64,000 nucleotides of DNA from Basidiobolus meristosporus CBS 931.73 (lineage: Eukaryota > Fungi > Basidiobolomycota): contig MCFE01000010.1 in the NCBI GenBank assembly GCA_002104905.1, forward strand, positions 1-64,000. The letters are read 5' to 3'. How positions within the stretch are numbered: the first letter of the stretch is position 1; every line of letters begins with the position of its first letter. The translations under genes were made by a program, and so were the position numbers. Below are positions 38,687 to 51,633 of this stretch, piece after piece. The notes under the pieces were generated by a model. The model made no database searches, was not told where the DNA came from, and saw nothing but the letters and a program-made list of their open reading frames with translations.

Positions 38687-38965
38687 TTCGTGTCAACACA
38701 TTGTCTAAATATCCAAACCATAGTATACTTAATCGTTTCTACTGCCTTCCTCCTACCACCCTATGGTGCACATTTATTACCTCTTTTGACGCAATAAATT
38801 CATAGGTGTGCATACACTTGTAACTTAGTTCATTCCATATAGTGATCGTGTGGGCAAGCCGAATAATAGGAACGAACAAATGTGATGTTCAAGCTAATAT
38901 TACGTTCATATATTTTATTGGAAAGCTCAATGTGTAAGAACTGCTCCGCAAACATCGTACTACAT

Positions 38966-39431
38966 TTAAGCAGTCTTGGTGGCGGTGGCCTTCTTTCCGT
39001 CACGGTCGAATCTGAATCTGGGAGGGGGGGTTCTGATTCTACGACCGACGGTGGAGCGGACACGGACGATGTGTTGATGAATAGCGCAGGAGATGCAGTA
39101 GTGCAACTTGACATACAACTTGGGGAGAGCGTATTCAGCATAGACGGAAGCTTCCTTAAGATCACGGACAGCAGCAGATTCGACCATGTTACGGATGGTG
39201 AAACGCTTGATAGCCTTATCCTTGGGAACGCAACGAGCGCAGTTGACACAACGGACGGGCTTGACGTGACCGCGTCCACTCTTGTTACGTCCGTGATTTC
39301 TTCTCTTTGTGGTCTACAGAAGAAGAGTACATGAGTGACTGTATGGAATACAACTCTGGCTTGATCTATTCAACGCGTTGAATACATCCACCAACGATTC
39401 GCAACGAATTCGGCTAGAGAAAACCTACCAT
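38966..39431 (-). CDS. RPS26: 40S ribosomal protein eS26 (ATG exon + intron 39428-39314)
   Basis: M|[38 protein letters not shown]...[19 protein letters not shown]...RVRS. Confidence 0.97.
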
Positions 39432-40028
39432 GATCGCAGATTACACAAAGTATGAATGAGTAAAAAAGAAGGACCTCCGACCCGTCGGTGGTAATTTTTA
39501 TTCTCAGATCCCCGAGAAAATTCTTTTTTTTCTCCAACTGAAGCATTCTCTTCATCAAATGTGATGCAGGATTTTTTTTTAGATCAAGGCCCTGATCAAG
39601 TTAACCACGATATCTGGGAAAGTTGGTCAAGTTATGCGACGGGTTAACGCGGGTGATCTCAGATCTGCCTCTACAGTGATTCAATGCTGTGATCATCAAA
39701 TATGTGGGGAGGGAGACGCAAGGCTGGTCAATATCGTGGGGAGAGGGGAATCACGCCTTTCCATGCACCAAGTAAATTAGGGATGTTACAAGCCTGATGC
39801 TTTCATTGGGGCAAAAGATCAAAGTCATCTCCTTGATGTAAAAAATATCGCATTTCCCTGGGAAGTAGTGCGATAATTTTACCCCAGCAACAAACGAGAT
39901 TTGTTGTGGAGCGGGGCCCCCAAAGGTGTTCACTATTCCTACAACCAAAGATTAATTTTTCGAGCTTATTGTTGTAGGTTGAAACCCAGTTTGGGAAAGA
40001 AAGAGACTTGACTTAACATTCACCTAAA

Positions 40029-40884
40029 ATGAATTCTCTCAGAGTACTTTCTAGAGCATCCAACCCAAAACTCACCACAGCTTGTAAGTATTTCCTTCTC
40101 TGCTAAGCTCGATCCGCAAACGTTCGTCATCCGGTTTTCATTTTGGAATGGCCTTTTATTGCAAATCTAGTGGCGGTTTATTCATATTTTCTCGCATATA
40201 TAGTACTGAATCGTGGTGTGTTGACTCCCGTTGGTTCTCAATTCGCTCGTTATTCCGCCTCTACTAATGTACAAACCGATAAACCCAGCGATGGTAACTT
40301 TGGCTCCACTTATGCTGACTATAAAAAGAATGTGAATATTTGGGATTACTCTGCCCAACATCTGTTCCTCACTGAACTTTTCCGTGGTGCCTGGGTTGTT
40401 TTGGAGAACTTCTTCCGCCCCCCTTATACTATCTTCTATCCCCACGAAAAGGGTCCCCTTTCTCCTAGATTCCGTGGTGAGCACGTTTTGAGACGCTATC
40501 CTTCAGGTAACCTATTTCGTCTCTTCAAGCCTCACTGCTCCTTCTGACTGATTGGATTCATTCCCTCCAGGCGAGGAACGTTGCATCGCTTGCAAACTCT
40601 GTGAAGCCATTTGTCCAGCTCAAGCCATCACCATTGAAGCCGAGCCTCGTGAAGACGGTAGCCGTCGTACTACCCGCTACGATATTGACATGACCAAGTG
40701 CATCTATTGCGGCTTTTGTCAAGAGGCTTGTCCAGTGGATGCCATCGTTGAAGGCCCCAACTTCGAATACACCACTGAGACTCACGAAGAATTATTGTAC
40801 AACAAGGAGAAACTACTTGCTAACGGCGATAAATGGGAGACTGAGATTGCAGCCAACTTGAAGGCTGAGCATCTCTACCGTTAA
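40029..40884 (+). CDS. NDUFS8: Complex I TYKY subunit (2x[4Fe-4S]), 3 exons
   Basis: [24 protein letters not shown]|[15 protein letters not shown]...[20 protein letters not shown]. Intron 1 has two in-frame candidate acceptors (40170, 40203); intron 2 is 40507-40570. Confidence 0.96.
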
Positions 40885-41290
40885 GAGCAAATCATTAAAT
40901 GATAAGCCAAGTCAATATGATTCGAGTTAACATTTTTTGAATTTGTATACACCATTGAAACTATCTCTTAAACATCTCAACAACAGATACACTCACCCTC
41001 CCCTCACCCCACCCCATTTCATTTCATCCCTTCCACGCCGCCTGTTTCTTCTGTTTTTTAATCCAGTAAAAGGAAGAGTCGCGCTAGCTGAGCAATTCAC
41101 ATTGATTCATAGATAACGTTTATTCTTTCTAACTGAGCAATTTGAACATAAATCATAGTGCGACAGTCCGTGCGATTGTCACATCATATCTTCGCAATAT
41201 GGTGTTTCTAAATAATCAAAACCAATGTATTCTACGCAGTGAAGACCAGAATCGAATCAAGCACTGCGAAAATCTCCTACTGTTTAATCT

Positions 41291-42708
41291 CTATTCAACG
41301 TGACGGGAAATCACTTTATAGTTGGCGGTGTTTCTTCTGATGATCTCGACGACTGGCCCCAAAAGTCGAACGAACGCCTTCTTACCTAATGTCACAACCT
41401 TTAGGCGGCCGTGGGCAGTGATGGTGGCAGCACGGGGTTTATCGTTAAGTAGGGCAAGCTCTATGGACGATGGGTTAGCTTCGTTTCTAAAGGGAATTTG
41501 GTCTGAAGCTTACCTCCGAAATAATCTCCCTTTTTGAGAGTAGGGAAGACATCATCTGAATCGTCTTTGGTAACCTTGGCTTCGCCTGATTCGATAATGA
41601 AGAAATTCTCGCCTACATCCCCTTGGCGAATCACGACTTCGCCATCCTCGAAGTTAAGTGGCTCCAAGGCGTCAGCGATCTTGTATCTCTCGTACGGCTC
41701 TAAAGATACCAGGAGCGGTACTTCTTCCAAGAAGGATTCAAACATACGTCTTTTGCTGTTGGTTCGCTCCATAAGCATCCTACGGAATGTAACTCTGTCA
41801 AGTGCCCAAAGGACAGAGTCGGATGTAGCAACAATGGTTGCAGCACGAGGGGCGTTGTACATCAAAGCCAATTCACCAAAACTGCCTCCAGGAATATAGT
41901 CTGTGACTTTCTGAGGCTCGCCGCCATTTTTAGACACGAAACAATCGAATGAACCAGAATCCACGACGTAGAAGTAATCGCCGATTCCCCCCTGCTGGAT
42001 GATCACTTCTCCATTTTGGACCTTCTTTTCGCTCATGGCGTTGACAACGTCACGATACTGTTCCTCGTCGAGATTGCTGAACAAGAAGTTTTTGGCAATG
42101 GAGGATTCGATTCGTTGACGCTGCTCTGGTGTTTTTTCGATGACGATTTTTTCGTAGTCTGCGTCACCAGTAGGGGCCATGGATTCTGCGCTCACCGAAG
42201 TACGGCGTCCACGATCGCGTACAGGCGGCATTGGAGGTAGACTGCCTAGTTCATCTTCTAATTCGTCCTCCATATCAGAATGCACCGTGTGATGGAATGT
42301 CGTAGAACCAAAAGATTCTTGGCCACTAACGAAAGCTTCTTCATCACTCTCATCGAGCACTCGATCTATTTCAGTGGGTACGTTCAATTGGTCGCTACTT
42401 TCCTCAGCAAACTCGGTCATGTGGAGGCTCTGCGACACCTGTTGCCAGCCACTAGTTTGCATGGCTAGATACGTATAGTAAATAGAGCAAGTTAGGCTTC
42501 TTTTTCGACAGGACCTTGTTGTCGGTTATTTGCACAACTTACTTAAGGATAGGAGTTCAGCTCTTTGCTCCTGGAGCTTATGCTGGAAATAATCGGCGCA
42601 GAATTGATACAGATCCTTTGGCTGGGCCTGAACCACCTTCTCGTGCAGATTCTGAATTATGTCCGCGAAACCATGTGGGGTGAGATCAAGGTTATCGTTG
42701 GAAGACAT
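41291..42708 (-). CDS. cAMP-dependent protein kinase regulatory subunit, paralogue A, 3 exons
   Basis: RIIa-like D/D domain (VVQAQPKDLYQFCADYF), inhibitor site RRTSV, two cNMP domains with [15 protein letters not shown] and FG|ELALLNDKPRAAT. Confidence 0.95.
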
Positions 42709-43471
42709 GGATAGTGAAATCTATATACGATGCTACTGATATTGTGGTTAACAGAAAGGTTACGTGAATTGGTTTACTAGGAAACTAGGAGGTAGTAGAA
42801 AGCTGGTTTCTTTGAAAAATTTCCCTGGATAATGGTGTAAAAAGAAGACTCGAATGCACATCAATCACGCTCCTTCCACGATATTCTCAGGGATTTCATT
42901 GACCATTGGATGCTAGATTCAATTCAAGTCACGCTCAGTATTAACCAGTGGTCTTGTAGTAAAATATCGATAACCTCCACTAAATTGAACCGATCTCACT
43001 TGATGACGAAGATACCTGTGAGCAAAGCCACTATTTTATTCGCCAGTTTTGCTACCAGCATTGATTCTCTTCTAATTGGTGCATTTTCAATCTCTGCTCA
43101 TTGTTGACAACCTCAAGCATGGGTCATTGATTCGGCCACCACAATATCAATCCAATGGTTTCCCATGTTTTCCCCAATAATAGCCCAATCGTCTAATTGT
43201 GCAGTCTTTGGGTGTTTAGCAATTTCACGTGGTCCTTTCGTTTGTTAATCAACTTGATTAAACACGGGAGGGTGGCATTTCCCATTAGTCCCTGTGATGC
43301 AGTGGTATATGCGTTCAATTAATCACCCATTATTTATTGATCTTGATTTATATCACGTGATGTTAAATACGTCGGCCCTAAGGACCACTATGAATGTTGA
43401 TGGTACAAAGGAGTATTAGGACCAAGGTTATAGAAAAGGCTTAGTCCATCTAGAATCGTTCTGCTCTTAAC

Positions 43472-44973
<1,502 letters not shown>

Positions 44974-45456
44974 TTTATAATATTTATTCCTATTTCTATC
45001 GATTAGCTGCTTAATCACTTTGTATACAGCGGAGTTGAACTGTCTTTAATAGCAATTAGTTTGAGATCACCCACCCCTTCGTCCCATTCCCCACAGATAC
45101 CAGCACTCACTTAGCATCTCCTCTATGCCAAGTAAATAAAGACGCGGCCGGATGCTCCCTGAGATTTACCAACTGAATTGGCGGATTCCAGAGAACATCA
45201 TCAAGCCAACCAGACATTCACCCGAGATGAAAAAAATCGATCCAAGTGCAGTGTGGAAGGGGAATTGGATTTCATCGAGAAAAAAAAATTCTAAACGCAG
45301 CTTTCTTTTTCGGGATCGGCCTCAAAATTGTCAAAAAAAAAATACGCGAGCCACCCACATTAAAGTGTAGTGAATTTCGCACCGTTGTGCAGTGTGTATC
45401 TATCTTACGGCGGACGGGAACCTCCACATTCTATTCATTAGACACTTAGATACAGA

Positions 45457-46638
45457 ATGCAGTCCGACGAAGTAATTTGGCAGGTTATCAACCAAAACTT
45501 TTGTTCTTACAAAGTGAAGTAAGTGGGCCCCAGTTTTTCCTTTTCTCTCTTGGATTCCTTGCTAAACCCTCACGCCCAGGACAAAAACCGGTAATTTTTG
45601 TACGAACGAGTACAATCTCACAGGTCTTTGCAATCGTCAATCCTGCCCCCTTGCTAACAGTAAATATGCCACAATTCGTGAACATGACGGTGAGTTTTGG
45701 TTCAAGAGTGCCTGAAAAATCGACTGTAGATTGAACTGGTTATTTTGTCTGGAAATATTTAGGTATTATTTATCTGTACATGAAGACCCCCGAAAGAGCA
45801 CATAGTCCCGCCAAGCTCTGGGAGCGCGTCAAGTTATCCAAGAACTACGCCCAGGCTCTCGAGCAGGTACGGTTGAGTTTGCTTGAGCTCTGTTGCCCAG
45901 ACCCTGGACTCACCTTTGCTTTTGTTCCATTCGACTTACCATAGATTGATAAAGAGTTGATCTACTGGCCAAACTTCATCAATCACAAATGTAAGCAGCG
46001 TCTGACAAAGATCACACAGTACCTTATCAAGATGCGTAAACTCAAGCTGAAGAACCGTCCTACTCTGGTCGGAATCAAACCCAAAATTGAGAAGCGTGAG
46101 AGATCTCGTGAGATCAAGGCTGAGGCAGCTGCTAGATTGGACAAGGCCATTGAGAAGGAGCTTCTGGAGAGACTGAAGAGTCGCGCCTATGGAGACGCAC
46201 CTCTCAATGTCAATGAAGAGGTTTGGAATCAAATCTTGGAAAGCGAGCAGCTCGAGGTTGAAAGTGACGTTACAGACGAGGACGAGGATATCAGCGATGT
46301 CGAGGAAGAAGAGGAGGAAGAGGAAGACGAGGTAAATATGCTATGTATACATATACTACAACGCACGTTCTAATCCGAAATAGGGTGAGCATGAGTTTGT
46401 CTCGGATATCAGTGAGGATGAGATGGACGATCTTGAGGACTTTGGCGACTTTGATGAATTTGATGACATGGAGGACGCATCTGACAGCGAAGCCGATGGC
46501 AGCTCGGATGATGAGGTTGTGGCCAAGGGCAAGAGAAAGCAAAGCAAAAAGGCCCAGCCAGCCAAGAAGCAGAGAAGACGTGGGGCTCATGTCGAGGTGG
46601 AGTACGAACAAGAAGAGGAGCCTGCTCTCAAGAACTAA
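45457..46638 (+). CDS. MAK16: Ribosome biogenesis protein Mak16, 5 exons
   Basis: [21 protein letters not shown]|...[24 protein letters not shown]...[11 protein letters not shown]...[12 protein letters not shown]...[10 protein letters not shown]; acidic tail ending VEVEYEQEE. Confidence 0.95.
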
Positions 46639-47234
46639 CCCACCACAAGCACTCATTTTTGGCCAGTTGTGTTATCTGTTTGTGACTAATATATAATTTA
46701 GAACCCTTCTCACTCTTTACTTAACACAGTCGCAGTCTATCATAGTATATTGAATGTTTATTATCGATCAAATATACTGTCTAGACATTAATGTACAATA
46801 AAAAGATCAATTCCTGAGTCATACTTCACCACACCGAGAAAGGAAATAGTGTCATATGCCGAGAACAAAGGGATCATTCGAATGGAAAATAAAGTTGACC
46901 AGCCTCCTGCATATTGATGGACGCTGAGGTAGGCATATTCAGCGGGATATAGTGCGTTTCCCGTTAGGATTACTGACGATAAGAATTCGGATAACACTAT
47001 TTAGGAAGGTAAGCCTCAATGCGGATCGAATCTTATCTCTTCGTTTGGAATTGTTTGGAAGGGGGCTTCGATTAGAAAGGTATCGAGCCGACTTCTTGTC
47101 TCAGCAGCCAATCAATCAGGTGGCGAGCCTAAAGATAGCTGCTGATTGTATGCTACTTGAATACTACTTAAAGGTCCATGTGTCATGGCGCGAGGTTGAA
47201 GTGTCAGTTTAGTGATTTGTCTCTACAGGTAACC

Positions 47235-50200
47235 ATGATGTTCGAGTCCTTTCTTCGGCCTCGGTTACCGCTGCTATTTTTTGGATTATTCTTGTTTTTT
47301 GTATGTACTCAAGCTCAAGGGATCGAGTCATTGGATGAAATAGAACAAGAATGCATACACCCGAGCAAGCAGGCTGATCCCTGCCAGTTTGTTCGTATGT
47401 ATTGTGGAAGTGAGGCTGGCCTTATCAATTATCTAGAACTTCGTTATTGCACAGTCTCCCCACAAAACGCTATCTGGTTTTTCGCATTGATGTTGTTCCT
47501 GACAATAGCCTACTTCTATGCATTGTTCAGAGTTAGTGATGTACACTTGACCACTGCTCTGCAGAGTATCTCCGACTACCTCGGACTAAGCAGCGAAATT
47601 GCTGGTCTGACTCTGCTTTCGTTTGGCAACGGTGCCCCCGACTTGTTCACAGCGTTTGCCGGAGTCAGCTCTGGTGATTATGAATTGATTTTTGGTTCAA
47701 CAATAGGGAGTGCTATGTTTGTGCTCAATGTTGTTCTGGGAAGTATCATCATAGCCTCATATTTCCGACACAAGAACGAGGTGCTATCCTTCCTTGAACA
47801 AAACCCCCCGGAGATTCCTCGCGCCGGCTCCTCTTTTGAAGGAGAAGTAGAGCAGCCTCGGCCAGCGAGTAGTTCAGAGTCTTTCGTAAGACTGAGGAGA
47901 AAGCTACAGTCCATTACCAGAGCCCTCCGTCTAGACGCTTGTAATGAGCGTTCTTCATCCTACTGTGTCATACAGTTCAGAGGTAACTCTGTGGATAGGT
48001 TTTCGCATCTCCGCAATATGTCCATCTATACCATCGCAGTGTTCATGCTGTTGGCTATATTTAACGACGGCACAGTTCATTGGTACGACCCCGTAATACT
48101 GTTGGTATATTATGTTTTCTTTTTGGCTTTCTTCATTGGTAGACATTTCTACCTCGAACGAACAGCGAGAAAGAAAAAAGAGGCTAGCTTAAAGTTGAAC
48201 CAGATTACATCTCCTTCGAGTGCACTTTTCCGCGGCGCCTCCTTTGACTCAGTCCGTACTTTCGACAACAACCTAATGGTGTCAGATTCCGCACGGCTCT
48301 TTCTCGACGCAAAGCCAGTGACTCCCGGGATTTCCGAGGGAAGTTTAAAGCAGCCTGTATTCGACATACCACAGCTTATTGTAACACCAGCAGATATTCC
48401 CGAAGACAGGTATATTTTGGTTTTCGGCCCTGAGCAACATTATCTGTATTCTAACTTTCCTTTAGTGATGATTCCCTGAGTAATACACACAAGCGACATC
48501 ATCTGTTCAGAGCCAATAAGCCTAATCCGATAATTACCACCTGTTTTACTGAATGCTCCACCGCTCATGAGGGAGCAATCCCCCCACTCCCTACCATAGT
48601 GATTAGCGCGGAAGAAGAAAGCCTGTTAGATGTGTCTGACAAAGATCAAGAAACCTATGTGGAGGACGAGCAATTCAAACTTGACTTTTGTCATTTGTTT
48701 GATTTGTTGAAGCTACACCTATATCACGATAGTGAGATAATGTATTCCTTAAAGGCACGGTTCCGCTTCACCAAACCAACCACCATATTTCAGTGGATCA
48801 AATTGATTGCTGAAACATCTACTGGGATCTTCTGGATATTCATGATACCAATACGCTGCTTGATCTTCCTATCGATGCCACCTTTTCTATCTGATATGAT
48901 CACTGAGGTGGATGATGATATCCGAGAGGAGGATGAGGATCACCTTGAAGAGATCGCTATGAATTCCGAGAACCCAGAGGAGTATGTTGAAGATGCTGTT
49001 AGCACCAGCATCATACGCTACAGATGTAGCTGCGATATTACCGACAGTGAGAAACAAACAGCAGCAATCGGATCAGAGAGAGCCAAAAGCTCGGATTATC
49101 CACATTCACCATCTCCCAGTAGACTGTTGACTGTACCTAGAATTGATGTAAATAGCGATATACCGCCCGCCTTCAATCTTTATAACTCGAAGCAACGCAA
49201 CTCCATAAAATGCGCCCGTCCTGTCTCCCCCCAAAAAGCATTCATTCCGCCCGAAATGCCAAGTATACAAACTGGAGGTCTGTACACACCTACACCTGCA
49301 CAAAGAGTAGTATCCAACCACAAGTGTGCGTTCGTACCCGACTCGGCCTGTAGCCCTGAATCACGCCATTTGGATTACGGAACCATGTCAGAGAATGTCA
49401 GAAAAGCGCCTTGGTGGTGGCCTCTACCGCGAAAGGCGATGATTCGATTCATATATCATTTGACGCATGTTCCGGTCCATCGATTTCTCAAATATCGTGT
49501 CCTCATGGCGGTCTACCCATTTGTCGCAAGTCTACTGATCATCTTCTTAGCGGGATTCGACATTGAAGGACTGGGCATCCTTGCCGTATTAGTTGTTGCA
49601 GTAGTCTTGATGATCTCCGGCCTTCTTGTAACGCACTCTATTGTGCCAGTTGCCGCGGATTTTGGTCGAGGTTTCGCCGAATATCTAGATGCCAAATCGC
49701 AATTGAGCCCGTTGTCAGGTGGAATGTTCTCACCTACATCTGCTGCAGTAAACTCACCTTCGAATCAGTATTCAAGCGGAGAGGCAGTGTCGCTCTCCAC
49801 AGACGAGAAGAATATCGCCCGGTACCTCAAGTTCCTCCTTATGGCCTACTGCCGCGGAGGATACTCCGAGTGCAAACCGTGCCATATTTCATTTCACACC
49901 ATCAAGGTTGCATCCATCCTGTATCTGTACGAGCTAGTATGCGCATTCATAACGTTCCTCATGTCCATACTGTGGATCTATCTGGTATCGAACGAGATCG
50001 TTGCACTGCTCGCTTCCCTTGGTACCATACTGTCCCTTTCCAAAGCGATTCTTGGACTGACTGTTCTTGCCTGGGGAAACTCGCTTGGCGATCTCTTTGC
50101 TGATGTTGCCATGGCCAGGGCAGGCTTCTTCCGAGTTGCATTCACCGCTGTTTGGGCGGGGCCAATTCAGAATCTGCTCTTGACCTTGGGCATCACCCTT

Positions 50201-50452
50201 CTGATAGGATGTTTCCAGCATAAGCCAGTGGGGGCCGGTCTGAATGCAGCCAGTATACCCCTACCACCGATATCTGCCACAATCTGGTTGGGATTCGCAT
50301 TTTTGCTGTTCAGTGTAGTGATCCTGAGCGGAGCGCTGCTGGGACTCTACTACAAGTTCCGATTACCCCTGTCCTTGGGCATCCTGTTGATCGCCAATTT
50401 CGCCGTTTACCTGATCACCGCCATATTCATGGAGTGGAGAACAGAAGGCTAA
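47235..50452 (+). CDS. Cation/Ca2+ exchanger (CCX/NCLX family), 2 exons (intron 48410-48465), ~1053 aa
   Basis: Alpha-1 repeat GLTLLSFGNGAPDLFTA and alpha-2 repeat GLTVLAWGNSLGDLFADV; N-terminal signal and Cys-containing luminal segment (GLINYLELRYC). The intron joins the two track ORFs in frame. Confidence 0.9.
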
Positions 50453-50842
50453 GCCATCCCACGATGTATATTATTTATTATAAACCATATCCTTGTATCT
50501 TTTCCTTCGAATGTACAATAAACCAATCTCCAACCCCAAATCGCCAATCATCACAATATCAACCGCTATGGGGAAAGAAAGAGCGTAGTGTACTTTGGGA
50601 ACTCTATCCTACGGCTCGCATTTAATGAACAACCACGCACAACCCGGTCGTCTCGATGGACACTGCCAGACGAAATCAAATCCCCCAACTCTACTCTACT
50701 CTACTCGAGGAGGCCGAAAGAAACACCAAAATTATTTAACGAGAAAAAGTGGATACAACTATATACGCTTTTGGGTAGGGACCAAGTGGGAAAGAGGGTG
50801 GGTGGGAGGAGCAAAACTTATACAACGTAGGGAGGGGGTCAC

Positions 50843-51523
50843 TTAAAACTCAGTAGTGTGTTGCGAATAGGCCTGACCCGAGTAGTAGTTGGGCGGGTAC
50901 GTTGCGTGTTGCAAGTGCTGGTTCTGCTCCTGGGTGCCTTGGAATAGCACGCTCGATGCCTCTCCCCCTTCATCCTCCTTGTAACCGCCGTTGGTTTTGT
51001 CGACCTTGATTGTCTACAGGTGGGAAGGTGAGTGACATAGATACTTTGGAAACCTGTGGGAGCAACCGACTTCGCCTACCTCCCGATACTTCCCCAGGTA
51101 TATCTTCAAGACCTCCGCGTAGTTCTCGAACCCTAGCGACTGCATAGCCCACAGGATATCTTCGCCGTTGATGGTCTTTCTCTTTTCCTGTATGCAACGA
51201 TCGCTCGCTGTGACGAAACAGAGTTAAGGTGAACTAACGCAGTTGAGTGCTCGATCTCTCCCCCTCCTACGCAAGAGGAGAGTAAGGGTGAAGGTGAGGG
51301 TGAGGGTGAGGGGTTGGCTAGTGGGTACAAAAGGATATTCGCTGGTGATGAAGGAGATGAACTCCGACACGCACTCCTGTATGGTCTCCTTTGCCTCCTT
51401 CGCGATCTTCGCATTATCCGGCAGGCTACGTTTCATGATGCGGGCGACGTTGGCGATGGGTAAGAGACGGTCCTGCTCCCGGATGTCGTCGTGTTCATCA
51501 AGCTGGTTTTCCCCTGACATCAT
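50843..51523 (-). CDS. HAP3: CCAAT-binding factor subunit NF-YB/Hap3, 3 coding exons (51523-51339, 51209-51080, 51013-50843)
   Basis: [21 protein letters not shown]...[24 protein letters not shown]|[43 protein letters not shown]. The histone fold is restored only by removing an AT-AC intron. Confidence 0.95.
51210..51338 (-). other. U12-type (minor spliceosome) AT-AC intron, 129 nt
   Basis: 5' end ATATCCTTTT; branch site CACCTTAAC (CCTTAAC at 51229-51223) ~13 nt from the 3' end; ends ...CGTCAC. Splits the Glu codon of ITSE/ASD exactly (GA|A). Confidence 0.95.
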
Positions 51524-51633
51524 AAAGGTTTTCTTTTCTGAATGGGGGGGGGGAGGAGTTGGTTCAGGGTAAGTAGGCGCCCTCGAGAGGACGGGAAATC
51601 ACGTCGCTAACAAATGAAACCATGCTTACCCAG

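Noticed and set aside
43285-43320. tccctgtgatgcagtggt...gttcaatt, resembling tRNA A and B boxes
   Set aside because: The boxes are far too close together and no cloverleaf can be built.
46788-46997. 69-aa minus-strand ORF between MAK16 and the exchanger
   Set aside because: Non-ATG start and no recognisable family. The region more likely holds the exchanger promoter and 5'UTR intron (plus-strand GTAAGC at ~47009).
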